A stretch of DNA of 64,000 bases from Candidatus Eiseniibacteriota bacterium (GCA_963823555.1 CAWGMA010000003.1:320001-384000); one strand, 5' to 3'. Positions 28,541 through 41,318 are shown, counted from the stretch's first letter. Numbers and translations are program-made. Notes: a model not told the origin generated them from the sequence alone.

Positions 28541-29050
28541 ATGGGGCAGCAACGAATCCTCGTACTCGGCATCGGCAACCTGCTCATGGGCGACGAGGGA
28601 GTCGGCGTTCATGCCGTGCGCCGCCTCCAGGGGCAAGCGCTCCCACCCGCCGTCGACGTCATCGATGGCGGCACCGGCGGCTTTCATCTGCTCTCCTTGC
28701 TCCAGGACTATCCGCTCGTCGTCATGATCGACGCGACGATGGACGGCAAACCACCTGGCACAGTGGCCGTCATCGAGCCGCGCTACGCCAGCGACTTCCC
28801 GCGCTCGCTCTCTGCCCACGACATCGGGCTCCGCGACCTCGTCGAATCCGCGGCATTGCTCGGCCCGCTACCCAAGATCCATCTCGTCACGGTCTCGATC
28901 CCGGGGCTGAACGGGCTCTCTCTCGATCTGTCACCGGCGGTCGCGGCCGCCGTGCCGCGGGTCATCGAGGTCACGTTCGACCTCGTCCGCGCCGAGTGTG
29001 CAGGGCGCGAACCGGCGGAGCCCCAATCCGGAGCGCACGAGGATGCATGA
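28541..29050 (+). CDS. hyaD: hydrogenase maturation endopeptidase (HyaD/HybD family)
   Basis: VLGIGNLLMGDEGVG, IDGGT, IDA, SAHDIGL. Confidence 0.92.
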   Translation: MGQQRILVLGIGNLLMGDEGVGVHAVRRLQGQALPPAVDVIDGGTGGFHLLSLLQDYPLVVMIDATMDGKPPGTVAVIEPRYASDFPRSLSAHDIGLRDLVESAALLGPLPKIHLVTVSIPGLNGLSLDLSPAVAAAVPRVIEVTFDLVRAECAGREPAEPQSGAHEDA

Positions 29051-29399
29051 ACTCGGCATCGCCCAGTCGATCCTCGGCATCGTCGAGGAGGCCGTGCCCG
29101 ACCCGGGAGATCGGGCCCGGCTCAAGAGCGTCCGCGTGCGCGTGGGCCGGCTCTCGGGCGTGCTCGCCGACTCGCTCGACTTCTGCTTCACCGCGCTGGT
29201 CGACGGGACGGCGCTGTCGGCGGCGCGGCTCGCCATCGAGGACGTTCCGGCCCGTATCACCTGCCGCAGCTGCAGCGCCGAGGCCGAGGTCGAGGATCTG
29301 GTCTTCGCCTGCCCATCCTGTGGCGGAACGCAAGTCAAGCTCGTCCAAGGTATGGAGCTCGCTGTCGTCGAGCTCGAACTGGCCGAGGGGGTGTCATGA
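29043..29399 (+). CDS. hypA: hydrogenase nickel metallochaperone HypA
   Basis: MHE N-terminus, two CxxC motifs. Confidence 0.95.
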   Translation: MHELGIAQSILGIVEEAVPDPGDRARLKSVRVRVGRLSGVLADSLDFCFTALVDGTALSAARLAIEDVPARITCRSCSAEAEVEDLVFACPSCGGTQVKLVQGMELAVVELELAEGVS

Positions 29400-30064
29400 G
29401 TGTCATCACCATCGAACGCAAGGTGCTGGAGAAGAACGATGCCATCGCGCGCGCGAATCGCGAGCTCTTGGTGCAGAACCATATCTTCGCCGTCAATCTG
29501 GTGAGCTCGCCCGGGGCAGGCAAGACGAGCCTCGTCGAACGTACGCTCACAGAGCTCTCCGGCAAGCTCCGCGTGGGGGTCGTCGAAGGAGACGTGCAGA
29601 CCGATATCGATGCCCGTCGCATCGCGCGCTATGAGGTGCCCGTGGTGCAGATCGTCACCCACGGCGCCTGTCATCTCGAGGCGCAGCTGGTGCGCGACGC
29701 GCTCACCAATCTGGCCCTGGACCAGCTCGATTGCGTGATCATCGAGAACGTCGGGAACCTGGTGTGCCCGGCGAGCTTCGATCTGGGCGAAGCGATGAAG
29801 GTGGTCATCCTGAGCGTCACCGAGGGCGACGACAAGCCGCTCAAGTACCCGGCCATGTTCCGCCACGCCCGGGTCCTGGTCGTCAACAAGACCGATCTCC
29901 TGCCCTATCTGCCGTGCGACATCGGGGTGCTCAAACAGAACGCTCTCCAGATCAACCCCGAGCTTCGCATCCTCGAGACCTCGTGCACCACCGGCGCCGG
30001 GATCCAGGAGTGGGCAGGCTGGCTCGCAGCCGAGTGCGCGCGAAACACCTCTGGACACGCATGA
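29396..30064 (+). CDS. hypB: hydrogenase nickel incorporation GTPase HypB
   Basis: SSPGAGKT, CHL, ENVGNLVCP, NKTDL. Confidence 0.95.
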   Translation: MSVITIERKVLEKNDAIARANRELLVQNHIFAVNLVSSPGAGKTSLVERTLTELSGKLRVGVVEGDVQTDIDARRIARYEVPVVQIVTHGACHLEAQLVRDALTNLALDQLDCVIIENVGNLVCPASFDLGEAMKVVILSVTEGDDKPLKYPAMFRHARVLVVNKTDLLPYLPCDIGVLKQNALQINPELRILETSCTTGAGIQEWAGWLAAECARNTSGHA

Positions 30065-32538
30065 CCGAACGCGTGCGCGTCACGGTCCGCGGAGCCGTGC
30101 AGGGCGTCGGCTTCCGGCCCTTCGTCTACCGCCTGGCGACCGAGCTCGGTCTCCGGGGCTGGGTGTTGAACGCGCCGGAAGGCGTGTTCATCGAGGTCGA
30201 GGGCGAGCGGGCCGGGCTCGATCGGTTCCTCCTGCGTCTTCCCGCCGAGAGTCCGCCGCGGGCTTCGATCCAGAGCCTCGAGTCGTCCTTCCTCGATGTC
30301 GCCGGGTATCCGGATTTCACCATCCGCGAGAGCGCCGGGACCGGGCCGCGCGTGACGGTCGTGCTTCCCGACATCGCCACCTGCGCCGACTGCCTCGCCG
30401 AGATCCTCGATCCCGCCGACCGGCGTTATCGTTATCCATTCACCAACTGCACGCATTGCGGACCTCGCTTCACGATCATCGAGGCCCTGCCCTACGACCG
30501 TCCGGCGACCTCGATGCGCGCCTTCGCGATGTGCGCGGACTGCCGTCGCGAGTACGAGGATCCGCGCGATCGCCGGTTCCACGCCCAGCCGATCGCCTGT
30601 CCAGTCTGTGGCCCCGGGCTCGCGCTGTGGGACCCGGCGGGCCGCAAGCAAGTCGCGGGTGATGAGGCGCTCGTCGCCGCAGCGCGAGCGATCGCCACCG
30701 GCGCCATCGTGGCGGTGAAGGGGCTGGGCGGCTACCATCTGATGGTCGATGCGCGCGACACGGCGGCTGTCGAACGGCTCCGCGCGCGCAAGCACCGGGA
30801 AGAGAAACCGTTCGCCCTGCTCTATCCGGATCTGGCGACGGTGCGCGCCGACTGCGTGGTGTCGCCGCTCGAGGAGCGGCTCCTCGAGTCTCCTGAAGCG
30901 CCGATCGTCCTCCTCGGCCGCCGCCCGGCCACGGCCGGCCGCACCTCAGCCGGCACCTCACCCGGCACCTCACCCGGCAACTCACCCCGCACCTCACCCC
31001 GCACCTCACCCGGCGTCTCATCCGCCGTGGCGCCGCGTAATCCCTACCTCGGCATCATGCTGCCGGCGAACCCGCTGCATCATCTCCTCATGCGTGAGAT
31101 CGCCCGACCCGTGGTCGCGACGAGCGGCAACCTCTCCGACGAGCCGATCTGCATCGACGAGAGGGAAGCGCTCGAGCGGCTGGGCGGCATCGCCGATCTC
31201 TTCCTCGTGCACGATCGCCCGATCGTGCGCCATGTGGACGACTCGATCGTACGCGTCGTGCTCGGTCGCGAGCTGGTGTTGCGTCGTGCCCGCGGCTATG
31301 CACCGCTGCCGCTCCGGCTGGCCAGCCCCGGACCGCCGCTCCTCGGCGTCGGCGCCCATCTCAAGAACACCGTGGCGCTCGCCGTGGACCGGAACATCTT
31401 CGTGAGCCAGCACATCGGCGACCTCGAGAACGACGCCGCCCTGGAGGCATTCCGGCGGAGCGTCGAGAGTCTGAGCAGGCTGTTTGCGACCTCGCCCACG
31501 GGAGTGGTCGCCGATCTGCATCCCGACTATCTCTCGACCCACTACGCCCGGTCGACCCGGTTGCCGCTGGTGCAGATCCAGCATCACCACGCTCATGTGG
31601 CCGCCTGCCTCGCGGAGAACGAGCTTTCCGGGGAAGTACTCGGTGTGTCCTGGGATGGCACCGGCTACGGCCCGGACGGCACGGTGTGGGGTGGGGAGTT
31701 CCTTCGCGGCGACGCGGCGGCGACCGAGCGCTTTGCCGCCTTCCGCTCCTTCCGCCTGCCGGGTGGCGAGCGTGCCGTGCGCGAACCGCGCCGCGCCGCG
31801 CTGGGCGCGCTCCACGAGCTCCTCGGCGACAGGGTCTTCGCCCGCGGCGAGCTGGCGCCGCTCCAGGCGTTCACGACCGAAGAGCTCGGGGTTCTCAGGC
31901 AGATGCTGGCCAGGGACGTCCAGTCTCCCCGCACCTCGAGCGCCGGCCGCCTGTTCGATGCGGCCGCCGCGCTCCTCGGTCTCCGCCAGGTCTCGCGCTT
32001 CGAGGGGCAGGCAGCGATGGAGATCGAGTACGCGGCGGCCGCGGCGGAGTCCGAAGGCGGCGCGGAGTCCGAAGGCGGCGCGGAAATCAGGACCGCAGGC
32101 TTCTCCTGTGCATTGATCGAACGCACCGCTTCGGGTCATGATGCAGAGGGAACGGATCCGGCCCGCCGGGAACCGGTGCTGCCGTTCGCGATCGACTGGG
32201 GCCCCCTCTTCGCCGCCATGCTGGCGGCGCTCGAGGACGGCCGTTCGCCGGGGTCGATCGCCTACCGTTTCCATGATGCGCTCGCTGCCGCCATCGTGAT
32301 GGTGGCCGAGCGCGCCGGCCGGGAGCAGGTGGTGCTCTCGGGCGGCTGCTTCCAGAATCGCATTCTTCTCGAACGCACCGTGGCGCGTCTCACGGCGGCC
32401 GGGTTCCGCCCGTACTGGCACCAGCGCTTTCCGCCGAACGACGGCGGCATCGCGCTCGGCCAGGTGGTGGCGGCACTCGCCGCCCGCAGTCGCGGCGCCG
32501 CCCACGCCGGCGCGATCGCGGCGCGTGGGGAAAGCTGA
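30061..32538 (+). CDS. hypF: carbamoyltransferase HypF
   Basis: GAVQGVGFRP acylphosphatase domain, two CxxC-x18-CxxC fingers, QHHHAH, DGTGYG, PPNDGG; ATG overlaps hypB stop. Confidence 0.95.
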   Translation: MTERVRVTVRGAVQGVGFRPFVYRLATELGLRGWVLNAPEGVFIEVEGERAGLDRFLLRLPAESPPRASIQSLESSFLDVAGYPDFTIRESAGTGPRVTVVLPDIATCADCLAEILDPADRRYRYPFTNCTHCGPRFTIIEALPYDRPATSMRAFAMCADCRREYEDPRDRRFHAQPIACPVCGPGLALWDPAGRKQVAGDEALVAAARAIATGAIVAVKGLGGYHLMVDARDTAAVERLRARKHREEKPFALLYPDLATVRADCVVSPLEERLLESPEAPIVLLGRRPATAGRTSAGTSPGTSPGNSPRTSPRTSPGVSSAVAPRNPYLGIMLPANPLHHLLMREIARPVVATSGNLSDEPICIDEREALERLGGIADLFLVHDRPIVRHVDDSIVRVVLGRELVLRRARGYAPLPLRLASPGPPLLGVGAHLKNTVALAVDRNIFVSQHIGDLENDAALEAFRRSVESLSRLFATSPTGVVADLHPDYLSTHYARSTRLPLVQIQHHHAHVAACLAENELSGEVLGVSWDGTGYGPDGTVWGGEFLRGDAAATERFAAFRSFRLPGGERAVREPRRAALGALHELLGDRVFARGELAPLQAFTTEELGVLRQMLARDVQSPRTSSAGRLFDAAAALLGLRQVSRFEGQAAMEIEYAAAAAESEGGAESEGGAEIRTAGFSCALIERTASGHDAEGTDPARREPVLPFAIDWGPLFAAMLAALEDGRSPGSIAYRFHDALAAAIVMVAERAGREQVVLSGGCFQNRILLERTVARLTAAGFRPYWHQRFPPNDGGIALGQVVAALAARSRGAAHAGAIAARGES
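30940..31023 (+). repeat. 7 x 12-bp in-frame tandem repeat inside hypF
   Basis: Units of consensus (G/C)GCACCTCACCC encoding RTSA-GTSP-GTSP-GNSP-RTSP-RTSP-GVSS. Confidence 0.9.
32044..32079 (+). repeat. 18-bp in-frame tandem duplication inside hypF
   Basis: GCGGAGTCCGAAGGCGGC x2 (AESEGG AESEGG). Confidence 0.85.
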
Positions 32539-32548
32539 GGAGTCGACG

Positions 32549-32821
32549 ATGTGCCTTGCAGTTCCGGGCAAGATCCTTGATGTCCATGGGACGGATCCGC
32601 TCTTGCGCAGCGGCCGGGTCGATTTCGCCGGGATCGTGCGCGAGGTGAACCTGTCCTGCGTCCCCGAGGCCAAGGTGGGGGACTACGTGCTCGTCCACGT
32701 CGGGGTCGCCATCAGCGTCGTGGACGAGGCGGAGGCGGCGCAGGTCTTCGAGTACCTGCGGCAGATGGGGGATCTCGCCGAGATCGATCCCATCTCCGGG
32801 CTCGAGGAAGGCGCGAAATGA
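32549..32821 (+). CDS. hypC: hydrogenase maturation chaperone HypC
   Basis: [27 protein letters not shown]. Confidence 0.95.
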   Translation: MCLAVPGKILDVHGTDPLLRSGRVDFAGIVREVNLSCVPEAKVGDYVLVHVGVAISVVDEAEAAQVFEYLRQMGDLAEIDPISGLEEGAK

Positions 32822-33945
32822 GATTCATCGACGAGTACCGGGATGGCGCCGCCGCCGCCCGCTATGCTCGAGCCATCCGCCGCGCGACCACGCGGCCATG
32901 GACGATCATGGAAATCTGCGGCGGGCAGACCCATGCCATCGTCAAGTTCGGCGTCGACGAGCTCCTGCCGCCCGAGCTGACGCTCGTGCACGGGCCCGGC
33001 TGTCCGGTGTGCGTCACACCGGTCGAGCTGATCGAGAAGGCGCTCGAGATCGCCGCCCGCCCGGAGGTCGTCTTCTGCTCCTTCGGGGACATGCTACGGG
33101 TCCCGGGCATCTCCCGCGATCTGTTCTCGGTGAAGGCGGCCGGAGGCGACGTGCGCATCGTCTACTCGCCGCTCGATGCGGTGCGCATCGCCCGCGAGAA
33201 CCCGGACCGCGAGGTGGTCTTCTTCGCCGTGGGATTCGAGACCACAGCACCCGCCAACGCCATGGCGGTCGTCCAGGCCGCGGGGGCGGGGATCGCCAAC
33301 TTCTCGATCCTGGTCTCGCATGTTCTCGTGCCGCCGGCCATGGAGGCCATCCTCTCGGCTCCGGCGAACACCGTGCAGGGCTTTCTTGCTGCCGGCCACG
33401 TGTGTACGGTGATGGGGTTCACGGAGTACGAGCCGCTTGCGAGCAAGTACCGGGTGCCGATCGTCGTCACCGGATTCGAGCCGGTCGATATCCTGCAGGG
33501 CATCCTCATGTGCGTGCGCCAGCTCGAGTCGGGGCGAGCCGAAGTGGAGAACCAGTACGCGCGTGCGGTCCGGCGCCAGGGGAACCGCCCGGCACAGGAG
33601 CTCATTCGCCGCGTGTTCCAGGTCGTGCCGCGGAAATGGCGCGGGGTGGGCGAGATCCGCGAGAGCGGACTCGGCCTGCGCGCGGAGTATGCGTCCTTCG
33701 ACGCCGAGCTGCGCTTCGGGGTGGCGGATCACACCGCCGAGGAATCCCCCGATTGTCGGAGCGGGCTCGTGCTGCAGGGGGTGCTGAAGCCGTTCGAGTG
33801 TCCGGCCTTCGGCACGACCTGCACCCCCGAGCATCCGCTGGGAGCGACCATGGTCTCCTCCGAAGGGGCTTGCGCCGCCTACTATCGCTATCGGCGGTGG
33901 AACGCGGCGCCGGCCGCCGCCGGCGATCGTGTGAGCCAGCGATGA
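32818..33945 (+). CDS. hypD: hydrogenase formation protein HypD
   Basis: [19 protein letters not shown]-terminal Cys cluster MVSSEGAC. Confidence 0.96.
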   Translation: MRFIDEYRDGAAAARYARAIRRATTRPWTIMEICGGQTHAIVKFGVDELLPPELTLVHGPGCPVCVTPVELIEKALEIAARPEVVFCSFGDMLRVPGISRDLFSVKAAGGDVRIVYSPLDAVRIARENPDREVVFFAVGFETTAPANAMAVVQAAGAGIANFSILVSHVLVPPAMEAILSAPANTVQGFLAAGHVCTVMGFTEYEPLASKYRVPIVVTGFEPVDILQGILMCVRQLESGRAEVENQYARAVRRQGNRPAQELIRRVFQVVPRKWRGVGEIRESGLGLRAEYASFDAELRFGVADHTAEESPDCRSGLVLQGVLKPFECPAFGTTCTPEHPLGATMVSSEGACAAYYRYRRWNAAPAAAGDRVSQR

Positions 33946-35009
33946 ACCGCGAAGCCGATCCCGAAGCCGGTCCCGGCTTCCAGTGTCCGATCCCCATCCA
34001 CGAATACCCGCAGATCCTGCTCGCTCACGGCGGAGGCGGAGCGCTGATGCGCGACCTCATCGAGCGCATGTTCTTGCCGCTATTTGCGCATCCGGCGCTC
34101 GATGCCCGCCATGACGGGGCCGTCGTCGAGCTTCCCGGGCGCCGGCTCGCCTTCACCACCGATTCCTACGTGGTGCAGCCGCTCTTCTTTCCTGGCGGCG
34201 ACATCGGTAGTCTCGCCGTCAACGGGACGGTGAACGACCTCGCCATGTGCGGCGCCCGTCCGCTCTACCTGAGCGCTGGTTTCATTCTCGAGGAAGGCCT
34301 GCCCATGGCGACCTTGTGGGAGGTCGCTCGCTCGATGCAATCGGCGGCCGCCGCGGCGGGGGTCGCCTTCGTCACGGGCGACACCAAGGTCGTGGATCGT
34401 GGCAAGGGGGATGGTCTCTTCGTCAACACGGCGGGGGTCGGGGTCGTCGAGCACGAGCGCGTCATCGGGCCAGCCGAGATCCGACCGGGAGATGTCATCC
34501 TCCTGAGCGGGGACATCGGCCGGCACGGGATCGCCATCATGGCCGTGCGCGAAGGGCTCGAGTTCGAGAGCGTCGTCGAGAGCGATTGCGCGCCCCTCGT
34601 CCGGCCGATCGCCGATCTCCTCGCCGCGGGCATCGCGGTCCACTGCCTCCGCGATCTCACCCGCGGTGGGCTCGCGAGCGCGCTCTCAGAGATCGCAACG
34701 ACCGCCGGCCGGCAACTCCGCATCGAGGAGGTTGCGATCCCGGCGCGCGAGGATGTGCGGGGCGCCTGCGAGATCCTCGGGCTCGATCCCCTCTACGTGG
34801 CCAACGAGGGACGCTTCATCGCCATCGTCGCGGCCGCCGACGCCGAACGGGCACTCGACATCCTCGGCGCCCACCCTGTCTGCCGGGATGCCGCGATCAT
34901 CGGCTCCGTGCTCGAGGACGAGCGCGGCCTCGTCACGATGCGGAGCCGTATCGGTGCCACCCGCATCATCGATCTGCTCTCCGGCGAGCAGCTCCCGCGC
35001 ATCTGCTAG
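33942..35009 (+). CDS. hypE: carbamoyl dehydratase HypE
   Basis: LAHGGGG, TTDSYVV, GDTKVV, C-terminal PRIC. Confidence 0.96.
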   Translation: MNREADPEAGPGFQCPIPIHEYPQILLAHGGGGALMRDLIERMFLPLFAHPALDARHDGAVVELPGRRLAFTTDSYVVQPLFFPGGDIGSLAVNGTVNDLAMCGARPLYLSAGFILEEGLPMATLWEVARSMQSAAAAAGVAFVTGDTKVVDRGKGDGLFVNTAGVGVVEHERVIGPAEIRPGDVILLSGDIGRHGIAIMAVREGLEFESVVESDCAPLVRPIADLLAAGIAVHCLRDLTRGGLASALSEIATTAGRQLRIEEVAIPAREDVRGACEILGLDPLYVANEGRFIAIVAAADAERALDILGAHPVCRDAAIIGSVLEDERGLVTMRSRIGATRIIDLLSGEQLPRIC

Positions 35010-35051
35010 ATCACGCATGCTTCGCGCCGGGCGCGGCGCACCGAAACCCCG

Positions 35052-36629
35052 TCAGAGTCCGGCGGCGATGTCCGTGCGCCCGGTGATGCGGTAGAGGGGA
35101 CCGGCGGGCTCGACCGCGAACCGGGCCACCAGCTCGGGCTCGAGCTCGGTCACGTAGACCGGCCGCTGCTCGAGGTTGCCCTCGATGAGCCAGGCTCGCA
35201 AGAGCGAGGTACGGAGCCCGAACGGGGGCACCCTGATGCCCGGGTGGTGCTTGCGGATGTAGCGCCGGTACCACGGCCAGTCGATGAGGTTGTCGTAGAG
35301 CACGGCCACATCAGGGCGTGGTGAGAGCACGGTCGCGCCGTACCACAGGGAGAAGGTGCGGCCGTCACCGCGTGAGACGACGAGCGCATCCGGCGCGAGC
35401 ACCGCGATTCCCTCGCGCGCGTACTCGTACGCGGTATCGTCGCGCTCGCTCACGGCCGCGCGCCCGGAGACCACCACGAGGCTCAACAGCGCGGCGGCGA
35501 CGACGGCGGCGGCGGCGGCCCCTGGTGCGCCGGACAGAGCGCCCGCGGGAAGCCGGACGCGGGCGAGGATCGAGACGAAGGCCACCGCGCCCACGCCGGC
35601 AGCCAGGGCCAGCGCGAGCACGGCCGGCAGGTAGTACGCCGCGGGATCGGGAATGGCATAGGCGGCGGCGGCGGCGCTCGTGCCGACGAAGAGGAGGATG
35701 AGCGCCACCGCTTCGCGCCACGCGCGTCGCACGAGGAGGATGAATCCACCGGTGGCAAAGGCCGCGCCGCCCAGCCCGAGCTGGGCGAATGGCCCGGCCA
35801 CCAGGGCGTCGCGGAACCGCTCGCCGAAGAGTTCGAGACCGGAGCGCAGGAAGTGGCCGCGGAAGGGCGCGCCGCTCATCGTCCACCACAGTCCCGACCA
35901 GGTCTCCGGATCGCCCCAGTCGAAGGGCGGATTGAATCGCGAGCGGAGGAGCAGCGCGAGGTAGAGCGAGAGCGGAATCAGGAAGAGGAGGATACTGAAG
36001 ACGGCGTTCGCCAGGCGCGGCCGCTCGCCGCGCCGGATCCAGCGGAGCCCGATGTAGGCGAGGGTGATGCCCAGGAATGGCAAGGTCTGGAGATGGTGCG
36101 CCATCCCCAGACCGAGAAGGTACGCGGCGAGGAGGCCAGCCCGCTGCCCGCCGGTGAAGAGAAGCGCGAGCGCCGAGGCCACGATCGCCAGGTGGAGCGT
36201 GTACACCTCGCCGATCAAGGCCTGATTCCAGAGCGTGAGCGAGGCGGCGAGGAACGCTCCGGCGAGCGCTCCGGCCGCGTTGCTCGCGAGCCCGTCGCGC
36301 CCGAACACGCGTGCCGCGAGCGCGCGTCCAGCCACGGCGGCGGCCGCCACCGCCGCCACCGCCGCGAGCAGGGTGATCACATTGAGCGCGCTCACCGGGA
36401 GCGGGACCAGGAAGCCGGCCGTCCGCACCAGGAGCATGAGGAGCGGGTATCCGGTCGGGTGCGGCACGCCGAGCGTGCGCCCTGCCGCCTCGAGCTCCGG
36501 CCCATCCTCGCCGAAGTGAGCCCAGGTGGCGAGCGGGGACCACGCCGGCAAGTAGAGCGCGAGCGCGAAGATCGCGGCGAGGAGGACCGCCCAGTGGCGG
36601 CGGAGCGCGCTCGGCCTCGCTGTGTTCAG
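35052..36629 (-). CDS. DUF2723 / TMEM260-like membrane glycosyltransferase
   Basis: EDGPEL...LGVPHPTGYPL, W.QA..GEVYTL, GMAHH, DWGDP; frame is open up to the upstream TAG with only CTG (36629) as a plausible start. Confidence 0.8.
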   Translation of the reverse strand: MNTARPSALRRHWAVLLAAIFALALYLPAWSPLATWAHFGEDGPELEAAGRTLGVPHPTGYPLLMLLVRTAGFLVPLPVSALNVITLLAAVAAVAAAAVAGRALAARVFGRDGLASNAAGALAGAFLAASLTLWNQALIGEVYTLHLAIVASALALLFTGGQRAGLLAAYLLGLGMAHHLQTLPFLGITLAYIGLRWIRRGERPRLANAVFSILLFLIPLSLYLALLLRSRFNPPFDWGDPETWSGLWWTMSGAPFRGHFLRSGLELFGERFRDALVAGPFAQLGLGGAAFATGGFILLVRRAWREAVALILLFVGTSAAAAAYAIPDPAAYYLPAVLALALAAGVGAVAFVSILARVRLPAGALSGAPGAAAAAVVAAALLSLVVVSGRAAVSERDDTAYEYAREGIAVLAPDALVVSRGDGRTFSLWYGATVLSPRPDVAVLYDNLIDWPWYRRYIRKHHPGIRVPPFGLRTSLLRAWLIEGNLEQRPVYVTELEPELVARFAVEPAGPLYRITGRTDIAAGL

Positions 36630-36632
36630 GGA

Positions 36633-37901
36633 CTACATCTCCCGCCAGGTTGTCACCGAGTAGGGCGAGATCGCGGTCAGGCGCTGGAGCGCGATCGACG
36701 AGTAGAGGATGTCGGCGTTGCCGCCCACGGTCTGCTGGTCGATGCCGCCCTGGGAGAGGACGGCGCCCCAGATATGGATCCCCGCGCCGCCTCCGGTGAA
36801 GGTGATGTCGCCGAGGACGAGCACCATGCCGTACCAGGTGAAGGAGCCCGAGCAGTCGAAGTCGCCGTCGACGATGAGCAACCCGCCGCCGTTGACCCCA
36901 CCCGAGGTGTGCATGTCTCCGGTGCAGTGAACGACGGTGTACTCGGTCCGCGTTCCCCAGGCGGTGTTGGCATACGTGCCCTGCGGGACCACGTGCTCGG
37001 CGAAGGCGACATACTCGTCACGGAGAGCCTGGAGGTCCATGTTGACCGGCGAGGATTGCACCGAGGGCTCGGAGCCGTCGCCCTCGATGTTGTTCTGCTG
37101 CTGCGGGCTGAGGCCGCCGGTGATGTTCAGGGGGTCGCCGGTCGTCAAGATCCCCGGAACCTCCGGGTTCGCCGTCAGGAGCCCGGTGTCCGGGTCCCAG
37201 TCCCCGCCGCTGATCAGGAACTGCGTGCCGTTGAACTGGTAGTCGTCATCCTCGGAGTAGATCGCGGCGTCGATGACCTGGAACGGCATCTTGATCGCCT
37301 CGACCTCGATCGTGCGGTTGGCCGCCCCCTGCGTGCCGCACGAGGTCACGACCAGGACCGGGAATCCGCGCATCACGTTCTCGATCGGGGGCGTCTGCAT
37401 GTTGCGGTCGTGGTCCCCGAAGAGGACCACCTGATTGGTCTGGGTCAGCTTGTAGTGCACCTTGGCCCAGGGGTAGCTGACGACATTGTTGGCCTGGCGG
37501 GTGAGGACCTCGGGGTACGACTCCCCGCTCTCGTCCACCTGGCCGTCGCCGTCGTTGTCGAGGTTATCGGTCTCGGTCTCGGCGATGTCGGGATCGTTCG
37601 CCGACTCGCCCGAGCCGAGGACGACGTAGCGCCCCCAGCCCGGGGTCGAACCCCAGCCCGAAACCTGGCCGATGAAGTTGGTGGAATCGCGGTGATCGCT
37701 CATCCGGGCCAGGGTCTCGGCATAGCCCGCCTCGGCATGGTAGAGCGCCTGGTTCCAGCGCATGTCGTGACCCGCGATCTGGGTCTCGGTCTTGGTCTGG
37801 GCCATGAAGAGGCCGCTGATCAGCGTCAAGCTCAATAGAACGAGCAGGCTGATCAGGAGCGCGCTGCCGCGCTCGCGCTGTCGATTCTCGGAAGGCACCA
37901 T
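36633..37901 (-). CDS. PilX-like minor pilin with beta-rich C-terminal region
   Basis: ERGSALLISLLVLL (no Glu5), QALYHAEAG, DNLDNDGDGQVDE acidic loop. Confidence 0.8.
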   Translation of the reverse strand: MVPSENRQRERGSALLISLLVLLSLTLISGLFMAQTKTETQIAGHDMRWNQALYHAEAGYAETLARMSDHRDSTNFIGQVSGWGSTPGWGRYVVLGSGESANDPDIAETETDNLDNDGDGQVDESGESYPEVLTRQANNVVSYPWAKVHYKLTQTNQVVLFGDHDRNMQTPPIENVMRGFPVLVVTSCGTQGAANRTIEVEAIKMPFQVIDAAIYSEDDDYQFNGTQFLISGGDWDPDTGLLTANPEVPGILTTGDPLNITGGLSPQQQNNIEGDGSEPSVQSSPVNMDLQALRDEYVAFAEHVVPQGTYANTAWGTRTEYTVVHCTGDMHTSGGVNGGGLLIVDGDFDCSGSFTWYGMVLVLGDITFTGGGAGIHIWGAVLSQGGIDQQTVGGNADILYSSIALQRLTAISPYSVTTWREM

Positions 37902-37938
37902 CTCTTGACGCTCCTTGACTGAACCCCCGGGAAGACCA

Positions 37939-40092
<2,154 letters not shown>

Positions 40093-40152
40093 TTCGCGTC
40101 CTCCCCGGGATCGGAGGCCCGCCTTGTCGGCCGGCCCGCGTCCCGTCGAAGC

Positions 40153-40575
40153 TCAGCGACCACGGTTGCGGTAGGTGGTCAGCTCGACAGTCTGCGTGCC
40201 CTTGTGCGTGGCCCAGGACGAAGCCAGGTCGATACGCTTCGAGCCGGGGACCGGGGCGTTTTCCGTGACCGTCCAGGTCACCGTGTAATCATCGATCGAC
40301 TCCGAGTAGTTACCGGCCTGCAGGGAGTCGTAAGGGACGGCCATGAGATCGTCGAGACGCTCCTGGCCGGCCTGGACCGCCTGGCTGCGAACCCGCGCCT
40401 GGGTCACGCCGGCCAGAGCGAGCGGGACGACCTGGGCGATGGCCAGGAGGCCGATCCCCATCACCGTGAGCGCAATCATGACCTCGACCAGGCTGAAACC
40501 CCGGTCGCGGCGGTGAGCGCGCCGGAGGCGCGATCTCAGCGGCCAGCGCAATGCAAGCATCAGACCCTCCATCAC
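40153..40575 (-). CDS. PilV-like minor pilin
   Basis: RGFSLVEVMIALTVMGIGLLAIA prepilin motif; exact start uncertain. Confidence 0.8.
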   Translation of the reverse strand: MMEGLMLALRWPLRSRLRRAHRRDRGFSLVEVMIALTVMGIGLLAIAQVVPLALAGVTQARVRSQAVQAGQERLDDLMAVPYDSLQAGNYSESIDDYTVTWTVTENAPVPGSKRIDLASSWATHKGTQTVELTTYRNRGR

Positions 40576-41063
40576 TCGACTCGAACCTGGCCGGTTGGAG
40601 CCAGCAGGATCAAGCTCTGCGACTCGCCATCGAGGCCGCTCACGACCAGGCGACCTGTTTCCGAGGCGCTCCCGTTACGAATGAAGATCACCTGATCGCC
40701 CGAGAATCCGAGCGAATCCGGATTGCTGAGCGCCACGTGCTCGGGCATCGTGAACGGCCCCAGGGTGGGCTCGCCGTTGTCGGCCACCCCATTCTCGTTC
40801 TCGTCGCTCACGATGAGGTGCGTGTCGGTGTTCTCATCCCAGCTCACGATTTGCGGTACGCCCTCGGTCACGGCCTTTTGCCGGGCGAGCCGCATGTGAG
40901 CGGCGAGACTGATCGTGGCGCCCTTGACCGAGTTCGCCCGCAGGTGACGGGTGAAGGCGGGAATGGCGGTCGCCATGGCGATGGCCATCAGGGTCAGCGC
41001 CACCATCATCTCCACCAGCGAGAATCCTCGCTCTCTGCGCTCAACCCTCATCTTCGCGCACAT
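40572..41063 (-). CDS. FimT/GspH-like minor pilin
   Basis: RGFSLVEMMVAL, LARQKAV, F..NG, C-terminal TGQVR; GAGG RBS before ATG 41063. Confidence 0.82.
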   Translation of the reverse strand: MCAKMRVERRERGFSLVEMMVALTLMAIAMATAIPAFTRHLRANSVKGATISLAAHMRLARQKAVTEGVPQIVSWDENTDTHLIVSDENENGVADNGEPTLGPFTMPEHVALSNPDSLGFSGDQVIFIRNGSASETGRLVVSGLDGESQSLILLAPTGQVRVE

Positions 41064-41301
41064 GCCCACCTCGAATCGCTCAAGTGCTCCGGTCGATGAC
41101 GGCTCACTGTGAGACGCCGGCGGTAGAGCACCGGCTGCCTGTTCGATCTGCTGCAGACTGCGCGGCGCAATCCGCAAAGAGCCAGCATCGGCGGGGTTCT
41201 GTCTCGGGGCCGGTCACTGCGCTGAGGCGGGTAGACGTGGTCTCACTTGGACTTGTCCCCGTTCTCGGCCAGACCGGCCGGAATATCCGGGACATGGCAG
41301 C

Positions 41302-41318
41302 AGCAAGAGAGAGGCCAA
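41302..41318 (-). promoter_or_regulatory. putative sigma54 promoter of the minor-pilin operon
   Basis: TTGGCCTCTCTCTTGCT (GG-N10-GC) in the dnaJ-fimT intergenic region. Confidence 0.55.

Noticed and set aside
30940..31023. Possible CRISPR array
   Set aside because: Contiguous 12-bp in-frame coding repeats without spacers; no cas genes in the window
36633..36635. Pyrrolysine read-through of the pilX TAG
   Set aside because: No pyl genes or methylamine methyltransferase context; the PilX-like protein ends in a typical W-R-E C-terminus; a CTG start is simpler
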